DNA of 64,000 bases from an uncultured Candidatus Sumerlaeota bacterium (GCA_964389675.1 CAYMEV010000002.1:62001-126000); one strand, 5' to 3'. Shown: positions 39,662-50,014, numbered from the stretch's first letter. Program-made: numbers and translations. Notes: a model not told the origin generated them from the sequence alone.

Positions 39662-42108
39662 TGGGTAAAAAAAGAGGGTTACTTATACTGATTCTTCTCT
39701 GCATTCTCTTTATTTACCTCAGGGGTGCCTTAATTAATGCTGATGTGCCACATGATATAAGTTTCAGCGGGGGGATTTTCTCTGATGAGGGCGATTATTC
39801 GATTAATGCAAGGAACAGGGTTTTATACGGAAGCTGGTTCATGGATCAGTGGAATGATATGTATTATAACCCATCACTGACCTTTATAAGATATATTTTC
39901 TTCTGCCTCTTTGATGTAGGAATTGCACAGCAGAGATGGATCTCAATACTTTTTTCCATGCTTTCAATCTTTCTTGTCTATTTGACGCTTTCAGAGGATT
40001 TTAACAGAAGAACTGCGGTTTTAGGCATATTATTTTTCGGATTCAACTATCTCTATATCATGTACAGCAGGAATGGGTTATTGGAAGTGCCAACCATTGC
40101 ACTGAGCACATTTTTTATATACTGCTTTCAGAAAGGTTTTAAAAAACCAAGGTTTTTTATGTATGCAGGAGCCTTCACAATATTTACCTATTCATTTAAG
40201 AATCTCTTTGCATATATGCTTCCTGTCACTATTGTTGCATATATTTTTTACGTTTTGATAAACAGTGTTGAATACAAAAAGCATATAAAACCTGTTATTC
40301 TTCTTACAGGCGGATACCTGGCATCATTCCTAGCCTGGTATTTTCTTCATTTTCGCCCATTAAGGGGATGGATCATAGGCTACGCAGGAGAGTATATGAA
40401 GGAGCTTTTGCTTGCAAAAAGCCTGGGCCATGTGCTTTACAATTTCAAAACCTTTCCGGTTACAAAATTTTACGGGCCTCTGACTAATCCGGTAAACGGG
40501 GTATTCCTCTCAATGCCTGTAATCTATGCATTGGGATTTGTGTTTGTGGGAGTATTTCTGTACCTCATATTATTTAATAAAAAACTTATCAGGCCTACAG
40601 ATGTTATGACAGTCTCGTATTTCTTTGCTGCATTTCTTTTTGTGCTTCTCATACTGGCTTACAGGCCGACAAGATATTTTATTGTACTCATAGTTCCTCT
40701 TTCAATCATGTCAGCAAGGCTTATTGACCTGATACTGAAGCTTCGACTGCTGAAGCCAGCAGTCCTGAATATTAAGGGCATAATATTTATTTCAGTTATT
40801 TATATATGGGGTTTTGTATTCTATTACCTATGCATCATGCCATTTTACTGCCATATTTTCTCCAGGAGTATTAATGAATCAGGCATACCGTTAAAGATAT
40901 CACTGGTCAAATGGACCCTGATATATTTTGCTGCAACAGGTTTTATCATTATAATTTCATATATCCGCAATAAGCCCTTATGGATAAGCAGATATGCCGT
41001 TGCTGCAGCCTCCCTGGCTATTATCATATCAAGTGTGCTGATAAATCTATACCATTACTCAAAATGGTACAGGTCTCCTTCTTATGATGTATATAATTCA
41101 GCCATGACAGTAAAGGAAATTGTCCCTGAAGGCTCTGTAATGGCAGGCCTTATCTCGCCAGTCCTAGTAATGGAGAGCAATATACGGCCCTTTTTCATGT
41201 TCCAGGGATTTATGAATTATGAGAATGATCCCTGCATCCGAAATGGTGTAACACATGCTGTTCTAGGCATATATAACAATGAAGCAGGTATTTTCTTTGA
41301 TACCTGCCCGGAGAAGATGGGGAAATCTACATTGATAAGGGTATTGAACATATTCAGAAAGGATTTCATGCTTTATTCCTTTGTCCTTCCAGTACTGAGG
41401 GAAGTCTCCCTGATAAGAAGCTCACCTGAAAGTATTGAATGCGAGCTAAGGTTATACATACCATCAGAAAAATTCTGTGATAACCTGACTGTCAATGTAT
41501 ACCTCATAAAAGAAAGCGGGCGTACAGAGATAGATCCGCTGGTCTTCAGCGGGCTTATACCCTTTGAAGAGAACACCGTCCATGCTACGCTTCCCTTTGG
41601 AACTCAAAACAAAAGCAATATGGAATTCTTCTTCTGCATTGATAATGAAGAAGCAGGACTAAGTATGGAATTTAAGGCAAGCAGCCTGCTGAAGCTTACC
41701 GGTTCTGACCATTATGATAAAACCATCTTTCATGATGATGTAAGAAAAGGCGTAAGGATCTCGGATAAACAGGGATTTCTGACATACGGCCCATATCTGC
41801 CTTTAGAGGAAGGTATGGCGACAGTAAACTTCTTCATATCTCCTTTTGACCTTCCTGAATCAGACACAGATGCTTTTGTTGTTGATATTGCGGGCGATAC
41901 AGGAAAAACAATCCTGTCATCAAAGAATATAAGGACTTCTGAGCTTAAAGAGCATGAGAATGCTATTTTTGAGGTTCCCCTGGGGTTTTTCCTGAAAAAA
42001 CGTACCAGGATTGAATTCAGGACATATTTCTTCTCAACTGTAAGCATTTATGTTCATAAGATCAGGCTTGATTTCAAAAGCGGAAGATTCTTAAGAGTTG
42101 AGGCATAG
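39661..42108 (+). CDS. GT-C (ArnT/PMT-like) polytopic glycosyltransferase with extracellular C-terminal domains
   Basis: SDEG acidic loop after TM1, YYNP, YSRNGLLE, many TMs, C-terminal GFLTYGPY beta-domain. Start overlaps the upstream stop (TAATG). Confidence 0.8.
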   Translation: MGKKRGLLILILLCILFIYLRGALINADVPHDISFSGGIFSDEGDYSINARNRVLYGSWFMDQWNDMYYNPSLTFIRYIFFCLFDVGIAQQRWISILFSMLSIFLVYLTLSEDFNRRTAVLGILFFGFNYLYIMYSRNGLLEVPTIALSTFFIYCFQKGFKKPRFFMYAGAFTIFTYSFKNLFAYMLPVTIVAYIFYVLINSVEYKKHIKPVILLTGGYLASFLAWYFLHFRPLRGWIIGYAGEYMKELLLAKSLGHVLYNFKTFPVTKFYGPLTNPVNGVFLSMPVIYALGFVFVGVFLYLILFNKKLIRPTDVMTVSYFFAAFLFVLLILAYRPTRYFIVLIVPLSIMSARLIDLILKLRLLKPAVLNIKGIIFISVIYIWGFVFYYLCIMPFYCHIFSRSINESGIPLKISLVKWTLIYFAATGFIIIISYIRNKPLWISRYAVAAASLAIIISSVLINLYHYSKWYRSPSYDVYNSAMTVKEIVPEGSVMAGLISPVLVMESNIRPFFMFQGFMNYENDPCIRNGVTHAVLGIYNNEAGIFFDTCPEKMGKSTLIRVLNIFRKDFMLYSFVLPVLREVSLIRSSPESIECELRLYIPSEKFCDNLTVNVYLIKESGRTEIDPLVFSGLIPFEENTVHATLPFGTQNKSNMEFFFCIDNEEAGLSMEFKASSLLKLTGSDHYDKTIFHDDVRKGVRISDKQGFLTYGPYLPLEEGMATVNFFISPFDLPESDTDAFVVDIAGDTGKTILSSKNIRTSELKEHENAIFEVPLGFFLKKRTRIEFRTYFFSTVSIYVHKIRLDFKSGRFLRVEA

Positions 42109-42180
42109 AAGCGGTGCCGGCATTCTGCAGTTCTGGAACAACAGGCCAGCGTATATTTTAAGCCTTTTGTTCAGTTATCT

Positions 42181-43575
42181 TCATTTATTATCCAGCGGCT
42201 TCCATGTACCATCAGGGGGGCCTACGTGAAACCTGCCTGTAATGTCTGGAATGCCTCCTGTCCCGGCATCTCTTGAATAGATCCTTCCTGATGGAGCAAT
42301 ATAGAACTGCCTTCTTCCGTCAACATTGTATCTTTCAGGCCCTGCCCTCAGATCAAATCTTATTATCATTCCTATATGGTCTTTTTCTGTACTTTCAGTA
42401 TATAGATATCCTGATATAGGGATCTCTCCCTCGGAGTTAATAGCTTCTGCGAAAGAGGATTCCAGTAATCCGTCGTATTTAAGGTCAATTGCTGTGCCAA
42501 AAGAGCGGGGAGTATGGGTTGATCTGTAGATACGCTGAGCGGAGGAATAATTCCTAATGTTTTTTAGTGCTATCTGTTCCATTTCTATTACATCCTCCAA
42601 AGCAGTTGATGAATATTCATCCGGGGATAAAATTTCCTGCAATACCCATGTATTATCATGCAGCCCTGCCTGGAATCCGGGTTCAATATCCGGAATTCCT
42701 CCCTCTTTTTCGTCTCTGGCATATAGATATCCCAAATTATTAAGATAGAATTGCTTTCTGCCATCTAAACCATAAATGACGGGGCCTGCTTTAAGCTCAA
42801 AGCTTATTATATTGCCTGTATGGTCCTTTTTTGTACTTTCAGCAAAGATATAGCCTGAGATTTGAATATTTCCTTTTGATATAATGGATTCAGATAATAC
42901 TGCTTCAAGAATTTCTTCATCTCTCAGTTCTTCTGCTGTACTGTAACTGCGGCTTGCCTTGATATTCCTGTATGTTTGCTGAGCTGAGAAATAGGCTTTT
43001 GCAATTTTAACCGAATTTTCCTCATTTTGAATGATAATTTTAAGTATTTTATTTGGATCAATATCTGAAGACAAAAATGAAGATCCTGATACCAGCCATG
43101 TATCATCAGGGGGCTCATAATGAAATGCCCCTTCGATTTCAGGGAGACCTGCTTTTTTATTATCTCTGTAGTATAACCAGCCTTGCGGGTTTAAATAATA
43201 CTGTTTCCTGCTGCCCCTGGCGTATTTTTCAGGGCCTGCTTTAAGCTCAAACCTGATTATGCGACCCGTTTCATCTTTCTCAGTGTTTTCCATGAACAGG
43301 TATCCTGATATTGGCACAGTTCCTTCAGAGATAATGGAATCAGCTAAAGTCGGTTCAAGAATCTTCTCCATTTTTAAGTATTCCGCATTGCTGTATTCCT
43401 TGTTGATATGTGCTGCTCTATAATTCTGCTGTGCCACAAAATAAGCCCTGATATAGTTTAATACATCATCTTCTTTGGAATCTGTTTTTCTGAAGCTAAT
43501 ACCTGCAAAGAATGCTAATATAAAGATTAAAGCAGCTATTCCGACTATAAAATAATACAGATTATTTTTCCTCAT
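42181..43575 (-). CDS. Membrane-anchored protein with three tandem pilin-head/DUF2950-like repeats
   Basis: N-terminal TM, then 3x AY.SAQ..YR...L....LE......I.SEG..PISGY.F.E.T.KD..G.II.F.L.AGP..Y...GR.Q(F/Y)Y....G.(L/I)Y.RD...W. Confidence 0.75.
   Translation of the reverse strand: MRKNNLYYFIVGIAALIFILAFFAGISFRKTDSKEDDVLNYIRAYFVAQQNYRAAHINKEYSNAEYLKMEKILEPTLADSIISEGTVPISGYLFMENTEKDETGRIIRFELKAGPEKYARGSRKQYYLNPQGWLYYRDNKKAGLPEIEGAFHYEPPDDTWLVSGSSFLSSDIDPNKILKIIIQNEENSVKIAKAYFSAQQTYRNIKASRSYSTAEELRDEEILEAVLSESIISKGNIQISGYIFAESTKKDHTGNIISFELKAGPVIYGLDGRKQFYLNNLGYLYARDEKEGGIPDIEPGFQAGLHDNTWVLQEILSPDEYSSTALEDVIEMEQIALKNIRNYSSAQRIYRSTHTPRSFGTAIDLKYDGLLESSFAEAINSEGEIPISGYLYTESTEKDHIGMIIRFDLRAGPERYNVDGRRQFYIAPSGRIYSRDAGTGGIPDITGRFHVGPPDGTWKPLDNK
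42200..43470 (-). repeat. Three ~148-150-codon intragenic repeats
   Basis: 20-bp identity GGGCCTGCTTTAAGCTCAAA at 42782 and 43232 (450 bp apart). The third copy lies 444 bp further along the gene. Confidence 0.9.
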
Positions 43576-43683
43576 AGGGGTAATTTCCTCCTTTAAGCTC
43601 CTGCATGGTTTTTTCAGGGGAATACAGGGGCTTATTGTTAATAAGATAAAATTGCCTTAAAAAAAATTGTTCCAACAATATGA

Positions 43684-44952
43684 CTAGAGCAGGCATTTCC
43701 CGGCACAGTAAAGCCCTACAACATCATGGCTTTTGTAGATAATTTCTGACAGCGCTCTGTCAATATCGCTTTGCTGTTCTGCTTTGTTTTTAATAATGAC
43801 CAGGTCTGCATATTTCCCTTTGTCTATATAACCTGTTAACCTGCTTAATTTTAGTGCTTCCGCAGAACCTCCACAGGCAAGATAGATTCCTTCCCTGCAG
43901 TTGATTGCAAGATCCTCATCATTTATCACTGAGAGTGTTTTTGACTGCTCAATTGCTTCTCTCAGCTCATCAATGACAGATATATTATAGCCTCCGGCTA
44001 TATCTGTTCCAAGGCCAATATGAAGGCCCTTTTCAATGTATTTTCTAAGGGGCATTATCCCGCTTCTTAAAAACCTGTTTGACGTAGGGCAGTGGGCGAT
44101 TATAGAGCAGCTGTCCCTTATTGCATCAATTTCATGGTCATTCAAGTAGATGCAGTGTGCAAGAATTGTATGCTTTTTCATTAATCCGGCAGAATTATAT
44201 ATGTCAGTATATGTTCTGAAACTGCTGTGAAGCCTTAGAACTTCATTTATTTCATTTCTGTTCTCTGAGAGGTGAGTCTGCAGATAAAGGCTGTTATCAT
44301 AAATCATAGCAATTTTCTTCATAAATTCAAAGGAACAGAAAAGTGCAAATCTTGGCGTAAGAGCATAAAAAAGCCTGTTTTCCCTGCCATGCCATTTTTT
44401 AATGAGCCCTGCTGATTCCATAATCATCGCTTTTGGATCATGATTTCGGCAGTAGAAGCCGCCGAGGTCTCCCAGTACATTTCCGCATATCAGCCTTATT
44501 CCTTTTTTCTCTGCAGCCTCAAATATTATTTCAGTGCTTTGAATGCTTCCATTTGAATATGCACAGAAAGTAACAGTGCCGGAACTTATCAGGGAATCAA
44601 AAAATTCTGAAATGATCCCTGATGCATAAGATTTATCACAGAACCTGATCTCTGCTTCCCTGACATAGTTATCAAGCCAGTAAAGCAGGGATGATTTGCC
44701 TATCCCCCTTATGGGGAACTGGGGTATATGGGTATGCATATCAGTAAAGGCAGGTAGTATATAGTCCTTGCCAGCATCTATTATTTCAAAATTATCAAGA
44801 TTTTGATCCTTAATGGAGACATATCTGCCATAATCAGTAATTATTCCGCTTTTCCTTGAGAACAATACATAACCCTCAGGAATATATCTGCATTTTTTTA
44901 ATGAAAGAGGATTGATAATATTGCCTTTAAGAAGTATACTTTCTTTTTGCAT
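43684..44952 (-). CDS. guaD: Guanine deaminase (amidohydrolase)
   Basis: DMHTHIPQ, LTPRFA, QTHLSEN, AHCPTSN.FL.SG, GLGTDIAGG. Confidence 0.88.
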   Translation of the reverse strand: MQKESILLKGNIINPLSLKKCRYIPEGYVLFSRKSGIITDYGRYVSIKDQNLDNFEIIDAGKDYILPAFTDMHTHIPQFPIRGIGKSSLLYWLDNYVREAEIRFCDKSYASGIISEFFDSLISSGTVTFCAYSNGSIQSTEIIFEAAEKKGIRLICGNVLGDLGGFYCRNHDPKAMIMESAGLIKKWHGRENRLFYALTPRFALFCSFEFMKKIAMIYDNSLYLQTHLSENRNEINEVLRLHSSFRTYTDIYNSAGLMKKHTILAHCIYLNDHEIDAIRDSCSIIAHCPTSNRFLRSGIMPLRKYIEKGLHIGLGTDIAGGYNISVIDELREAIEQSKTLSVINDEDLAINCREGIYLACGGSAEALKLSRLTGYIDKGKYADLVIIKNKAEQQSDIDRALSEIIYKSHDVVGLYCAGKCLL

Positions 44953-45067
44953 AGTTAATATATTATGGAATTATTTAGATAAATACAATGATATTTTTTT
45001 GTTTTCAAATTGAACATAAAAACTATAATGACTTGCTTTGCATTAAAGGTTAAGGAGTACTATAGGA

Positions 45068-46987
45068 ATGAATTTTAAGGTATTATTAATTACCCCCAAT
45101 AAAACCAAATTAAAAGAGGAGATTGCTGAGTTAAAGGAACGAGGGTTCAATGTTGTCGGAGCTGCTGATTTTTCATCTGCCTGCAGGAGCCTGACTGAGG
45201 ATGGAGCTATTCATGTTGTCCTGACTGAGCTTATCGTCCCGTATGAAAGCCGTGCAAAATCAAGAAAAATAAGGGGCCAGGAGATATTTAAGGAGATATT
45301 AAGGCTCAGGTATGAGGTAAACATATTCCTTTTTACTATGGATGAAGATGCTAAAAGCTTTCTGTCAGGCGGTTATCTAAACGGTTATTTCAGCAAGACA
45401 GACCAGGACTGGGATGAGATATCAAGGAGGATAATATCAGAGATTAATGCAAAGAAAAAGGCTCCTTTTTATGAAAAGATTGTTGAATACAGCCTGAAAG
45501 CAGAGGATTCATATCATACTCCAGGGCACTCATCAGGATATTCACTGAAATATTCAAACTGGGTGAAGGATTTTTATGAATTTTACGGTCCGAATATCTT
45601 CAGGACAGACATTTCGGTGTCTGTTCCAATCCTTGACTCGCTTCTTGATCCGAAAGGGGTCATTAAAGAGGCTCAGGAGCTTGCCGCCAGGGCATTCAGT
45701 GCAAGGCATACTTTCTTTTGTTCAAATGGTACTTCAACAGCAAATAAGATTCTGCTTCAGACCCTCCTTAAACCGGGCGATGCAATCCTTCTGGACAGGA
45801 ATTCGCATCAGTCAGTGCACTACGGTATTATCCTGAGCGGAGCTGAACCTATATACATGATGCCTACCATTAATGACAGGTATGGAATATTCGGTCTTGT
45901 TCCAAAAAAGGATATTATTAGTAATATGGACAGGGCCCTGAATATGCATAAGAAATTGAAGCTTCTTTTTCTTACAAACTGCTCCTATGACGGTCTGAGG
46001 TATGACATAGCGGATATAGTAAAGGAGGCACATGCCAGAGGCATTAAGGTTCTCGTGGATGAAGCGTGGTTCGGGTACAGCAGGTTCCATCCGGAATTTT
46101 ATCCCTGTGCGATGGAAGCAGGAGCTGATTACAGTACACAGTCCACGCATAAGACAATGAGTGCTTTCAGCCAGGCATCAATGATCCATGTAAATGATCC
46201 GGATTTCCGTGAATTCAGCGATTTTTTCATGGAAAATTATATAATGCATACATCTACATCGCCGCAGTATCCCATGATAGCATCCCTGGATGTAGCCCGA
46301 AAACAGATGATCATGGAGGGATACAGCCTTTTAAGTAAAGTTCTGAGGCTTTCTTCGGGTATAAGGGAGTCAATAAACTCATTAAGCAGGTTCAGCGTTC
46401 TGACCCTTGATGATATGCTGACCAGCGAGCTTTCAGATGACAATATCAAGCTTGACCCGCTGAAAATAACGATAGATGTCTCTAAATCCGGGTTTACTGC
46501 AAAGGAAGTTGAATATATGCTTCTTAACAAGCATAATATACAGATTGAAAAAACCACATTCAATACACTTACTGTCCTATGCACGATAGGAACGACCCAC
46601 TCAAAACTGAACAGGCTGTTTCTTGCCCTTGAAAACATTGAAAAGAACAGCCCAAATAATGGCAAGAGCCCGAAACACAATGTAAAACTGTCATTGAGCC
46701 CTATCCGATACAGGCCCCGTTTTGCTTTTTACTGTGACGGTGAGAAAATGCAGTATTCAAGGTCCGAGGGAAGGATATCAGCAAGCATGGTAGTGCCTTA
46801 TCCTCCGGGTGTCCCTCTTTTAGTGCCAGGGCAGCTTATTACCGGGGAAATCATTGACGATATTCAGTCCTATATAAATTATAAAACACAGATAAACGGT
46901 ATATTTGACAACTTTCTGAAGGTTCTGACAAGACAGGAGGAAAGTGAACTGAATGAACAGGGCTTTAGGATCGATGATAATCCTTAA
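45068..46987 (+). CDS. Orn/Lys/Arg decarboxylase (PLP, fold I) with N-terminal wing/receiver-like domain
   Basis: HTPGHS, NGTSTANK, DRNSHQS, DEAW, QSTHK (PLP lysine), STSPQYP, PYPPGVP. Confidence 0.92.
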   Translation: MNFKVLLITPNKTKLKEEIAELKERGFNVVGAADFSSACRSLTEDGAIHVVLTELIVPYESRAKSRKIRGQEIFKEILRLRYEVNIFLFTMDEDAKSFLSGGYLNGYFSKTDQDWDEISRRIISEINAKKKAPFYEKIVEYSLKAEDSYHTPGHSSGYSLKYSNWVKDFYEFYGPNIFRTDISVSVPILDSLLDPKGVIKEAQELAARAFSARHTFFCSNGTSTANKILLQTLLKPGDAILLDRNSHQSVHYGIILSGAEPIYMMPTINDRYGIFGLVPKKDIISNMDRALNMHKKLKLLFLTNCSYDGLRYDIADIVKEAHARGIKVLVDEAWFGYSRFHPEFYPCAMEAGADYSTQSTHKTMSAFSQASMIHVNDPDFREFSDFFMENYIMHTSTSPQYPMIASLDVARKQMIMEGYSLLSKVLRLSSGIRESINSLSRFSVLTLDDMLTSELSDDNIKLDPLKITIDVSKSGFTAKEVEYMLLNKHNIQIEKTTFNTLTVLCTIGTTHSKLNRLFLALENIEKNSPNNGKSPKHNVKLSLSPIRYRPRFAFYCDGEKMQYSRSEGRISASMVVPYPPGVPLLVPGQLITGEIIDDIQSYINYKTQINGIFDNFLKVLTRQEESELNEQGFRIDDNP

Positions 46988-47532
46988 GGCATCTGGCTTC
47001 CTGATTTAGTGAGAATCATCTCCTCCATGTACAGTTTGCTGTTATTTCTGTTTTTCTCAATAAGGCTGATAAGCTCCTTTTGCGATAAAACAGGGCTTTC
47101 AATAATTGCATCATCTATAACCTTTATAATCAGGCTGTCCTTCTTAAAATAGTATTCAGCAAAAATAAAGCTGCTTTTTTCGCCTGTAAGGATATCAATG
47201 CTCTGCAGGTTGAGAAAATTCCCGCAGTCAAGTTCAGTGACAAAAGCCCTGAAGATGCTGGTATCAAGCATAACCTTTGCATTGCTTTCTATCTGACAGC
47301 CTAGGATAAGATACTCCTGACCGCATACATGCATGATTATGGCTGTATCCTCCTGGCCATCCACCTTCCAGTTTCCCTCAAGATCGGGATCCATAACAGC
47401 CTCTGAAGCTTCCTTGAGAGGAAATTCCGATTCATAGGGGCAGGCATAAAAAAGCATTGTTAATCCGATAAGCAGAATCAATGATATTTTATCCACTTTT
47501 CTGTATAGCAGATTATCTGTCTTTTTTTTCAT
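46984..47532 (-). CDS. Hypothetical lipoprotein
   Basis: Basic N-terminus, hydrophobic stretch, lipobox LFYAC, then PYES.FPL...D..L.G.W. AAGGAG RBS 7 nt upstream. Confidence 0.7.
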   Translation of the reverse strand: MKKKTDNLLYRKVDKISLILLIGLTMLFYACPYESEFPLKEASEAVMDPDLEGNWKVDGQEDTAIIMHVCGQEYLILGCQIESNAKVMLDTSIFRAFVTELDCGNFLNLQSIDILTGEKSSFIFAEYYFKKDSLIIKVIDDAIIESPVLSQKELISLIEKNRNNSKLYMEEMILTKSGSQMP

Positions 47533-47561
47533 TTTCAATCTCCTTTTATGGATTTATAAAG

Positions 47562-48251
47562 TTATGAGTCAAAAGCACTGTTCAAGAAAAAAAGCAGATC
47601 TTTATGGCTTTTGAAGATATGTTCGCACTGGCTGAATTCAGCTGTTATATTATGCCTGTTTCTTATGGATATGGACCGTATGCCTGCCTTTTCTGCAGAT
47701 ACTACTCCCTTTTCTGTATCCTCTATTACTATGGTTTTATCAGGATTTGCATTTATCTCTGCAAGTGTGTGGACAAAGATGTCTGGATGAGGCTTGGGCT
47801 TCATGTTTTTTGTTTTTCCGAAGACCCCGGAAAAGACCTCTCTGGGTATATTATTATCATCAAGCAGTTTATTCAGGATTTCCTTTTTTGTGTTTGATGC
47901 TATATACAGCTTCTTATTGCCCTTCTTTAATATGGTGAGAATAGGCAGTATTTCTTCATAGCTCTTTATAAGGCCCTTTTTTACATAACCCATGTAATTC
48001 CTTTCTATTTTCCTTTTAATGGATTTTTCTTCTTCCTTTGAAAGGCCTAATCCCTTGGATTCTTTTTCGAGCCCGTTTCCTATATTTGTCCAGTATTTAT
48101 AATAGTAGCTTTCTTCAAGGCATTTAATCTCTGAAAAAGCCTTTTTTGCCGAGAGATAGAAGTAATATTCTGAATCGACAATTATGCCGTCAAAATCAAA
48201 TATGATATTTTCTGCTTTTTTTATGAGGGTTTTAAGGGCGTTTTGTTCCAT
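47562..48251 (-). CDS. HAD-family phosphatase (subfamily IA, CbbY/beta-PGM-like)
   Basis: FDFDGIIVDSE, IASN, KPKPHPDIF, VIEDTEKG. Confidence 0.88.
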   Translation of the reverse strand: MEQNALKTLIKKAENIIFDFDGIIVDSEYYFYLSAKKAFSEIKCLEESYYYKYWTNIGNGLEKESKGLGLSKEEEKSIKRKIERNYMGYVKKGLIKSYEEILPILTILKKGNKKLYIASNTKKEILNKLLDDNNIPREVFSGVFGKTKNMKPKPHPDIFVHTLAEINANPDKTIVIEDTEKGVVSAEKAGIRSISIRNRHNITAEFSQCEHIFKSHKDLLFFLNSAFDS

Positions 48252-49047
48252 AAAAGAAATCTTTATAGTCCCTGATATAACTGATTATTTCTTTGAATTC
48301 ATCAAAATTAAGGCTGTTGGGGCCATCAGAAAGAGCCTTTTCAGGTTCAGGATGGATTTCAAAGAACAGACAGTCCACACCTGTTGCAAGCCCCGCTTTT
48401 GCAAGGCTGAAGACGAACTCCTTATCTCCTGTGCTCTGTTGCCCAAGGCCTCCGGGCCTCTGAACGGAATGGGTCACATCGAAACAGACATAGGGAGCAT
48501 ATTTTTTCATAATCGGAAATGATCTGAAATCTACAACAAGATTGTTATAACCGAAGGTTGTCCCTCTTTCTGTCAATATGAAGTCATTATCAGATACAGA
48601 CATTATTTTATCTGCAATATTCTTTGTGTCGTATGGTGATAGAAACTGGCCTTTCTTAACATTAATTATCTTTCCGGTCTTAGCGCAGTTTATCAGAAGG
48701 TCTGTCTGACGGCAGAGAAAAGCAGGTATCTGAATGATATCTATATCGTTCGCTACCTGTTCTATCTGGCAGGTTTCGTGTATATCAGTCGTAATGTAGA
48801 GGCTGTGCCTTATTGATACCTCGCTTAATATCTCAAGGCCCTTTTTGAGCCCTACCCCTCTGAATGATTCTGCAGAGGACCTGTTGGCTTTATCAAAGCT
48901 GGCCTTGTAGATTATGTCTATCTGGTTTTCTTCCGCCTGCCCTGAGAGAAATTCAGCAATTTTAAGGGATATTTCCCTGTTTTCAAGTACACATGGGCCT
49001 GCAATTATAAATGGCTTTGAAAGACTTGAGAGATTTATGCTGTCCAT
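48232..49047 (-). CDS. kdsA: 3-deoxy-8-phosphooctulonate (KDO8P) synthase
   Basis: IAGPCVLE, KASFDKANRSS, QIPAFLCRQTDL, NVKKGQFLSP, ERGTTFGYNNL, FDVTHSVQ. Confidence 0.97.
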   Translation of the reverse strand: MDSINLSSLSKPFIIAGPCVLENREISLKIAEFLSGQAEENQIDIIYKASFDKANRSSAESFRGVGLKKGLEILSEVSIRHSLYITTDIHETCQIEQVANDIDIIQIPAFLCRQTDLLINCAKTGKIINVKKGQFLSPYDTKNIADKIMSVSDNDFILTERGTTFGYNNLVVDFRSFPIMKKYAPYVCFDVTHSVQRPGGLGQQSTGDKEFVFSLAKAGLATGVDCLFFEIHPEPEKALSDGPNSLNFDEFKEIISYIRDYKDFFYGTKRP

Positions 49048-49048
49048 T

Positions 49049-50014
49049 CTACAACCCTGCCTTTACTAGGTCATGAAGCCTGATAAGGCCTACAACATCA
49101 CCCTGATTGCTCAATACAGGGAGTATGCTTATCTGAGATTTCCTGTTTTCCATTACCTGCATTGCCTTGAATGCAGGCTCCTCATCTGTAATAAATATTG
49201 GAGTCCTGGTCATAATCTCAGAAGCTTTTCTGGTAAGGATGTCTGCATGCTTCATAAGCGACCTCCTTATATCTCCATCGGTTATTATCCCAACAAGCTT
49301 ATTATTGTCATCTATTATATTTACCCCGCCCAGAGGATTTATTGTCATTGCAGCTATTATATCCTTTATTGTATCATAAGGCTTTGCTATGGGATTTGCG
49401 CTACCCTTATGCATGAGATCGCTGACCTTGAGGAGAAGCCTTTTGCCGAGCTGGCCTCCCGGGTGATACCTTGCAAAATCATCAGGTTTTATCCCCTTCA
49501 TTATAGATACTGCAACAGCTATGGCATCTCCCATTACAAGTGCAGCAGTTGTTGATGCTGTCGGAGCGAGGTTGTTGGGGCATGCTTCTTTCTTTACAGT
49601 GACATCAAGGACAATATCAGATAGCTTTGCAAGTGTTGATCCAGGATTGCCGGTTATTGAGATAATCTTTGCTCCTATTTTGGATATGTATGGCAGTATT
49701 GAATTAAGCTCTTCAGTTTCTCCGCTTTTTCCTAATGCTATTACAAGGTCCTCACTTAAAACCATTCCGAGGTCCCCGTGTTTTGCCTCGCTGGGATGTA
49801 TATAGAATGATGATGTACGAAGGCTCGAAAGAGTCGAGGATATCTTACGGGCTATTATCCCGCTTTTACCCATACCTGTAAGTATAATTCTGCCCCTGCA
49901 TCCATACACAGCTTCTACAGCATTCTGAAAACTTGCAGACAGACTGTTTTTGACCTCTTTTAGCGATGATATCTCTATTTCGAAGACCCTTTTTCCTTCC
50001 TGAATGAGATCCAT
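49049..50014 (-). CDS. kdsD: Arabinose-5-phosphate isomerase (KpsF/GutQ family, SIS + CBS)
   Basis: GMGKSG, HPSEAKHGDLG, EACPNNLAPTAS, HPGGQLG, C-terminal CBS pair. Confidence 0.95.
   Translation of the reverse strand: MDLIQEGKRVFEIEISSLKEVKNSLSASFQNAVEAVYGCRGRIILTGMGKSGIIARKISSTLSSLRTSSFYIHPSEAKHGDLGMVLSEDLVIALGKSGETEELNSILPYISKIGAKIISITGNPGSTLAKLSDIVLDVTVKKEACPNNLAPTASTTAALVMGDAIAVAVSIMKGIKPDDFARYHPGGQLGKRLLLKVSDLMHKGSANPIAKPYDTIKDIIAAMTINPLGGVNIIDDNNKLVGIITDGDIRRSLMKHADILTRKASEIMTRTPIFITDEEPAFKAMQVMENRKSQISILPVLSNQGDVVGLIRLHDLVKAGL

Noticed and set aside
34276-43575. Genomic island integrated at tRNA-Phe
   Set aside because: No integrase, no duplicated tRNA 3' end seen, and no obvious compositional shift by eye.
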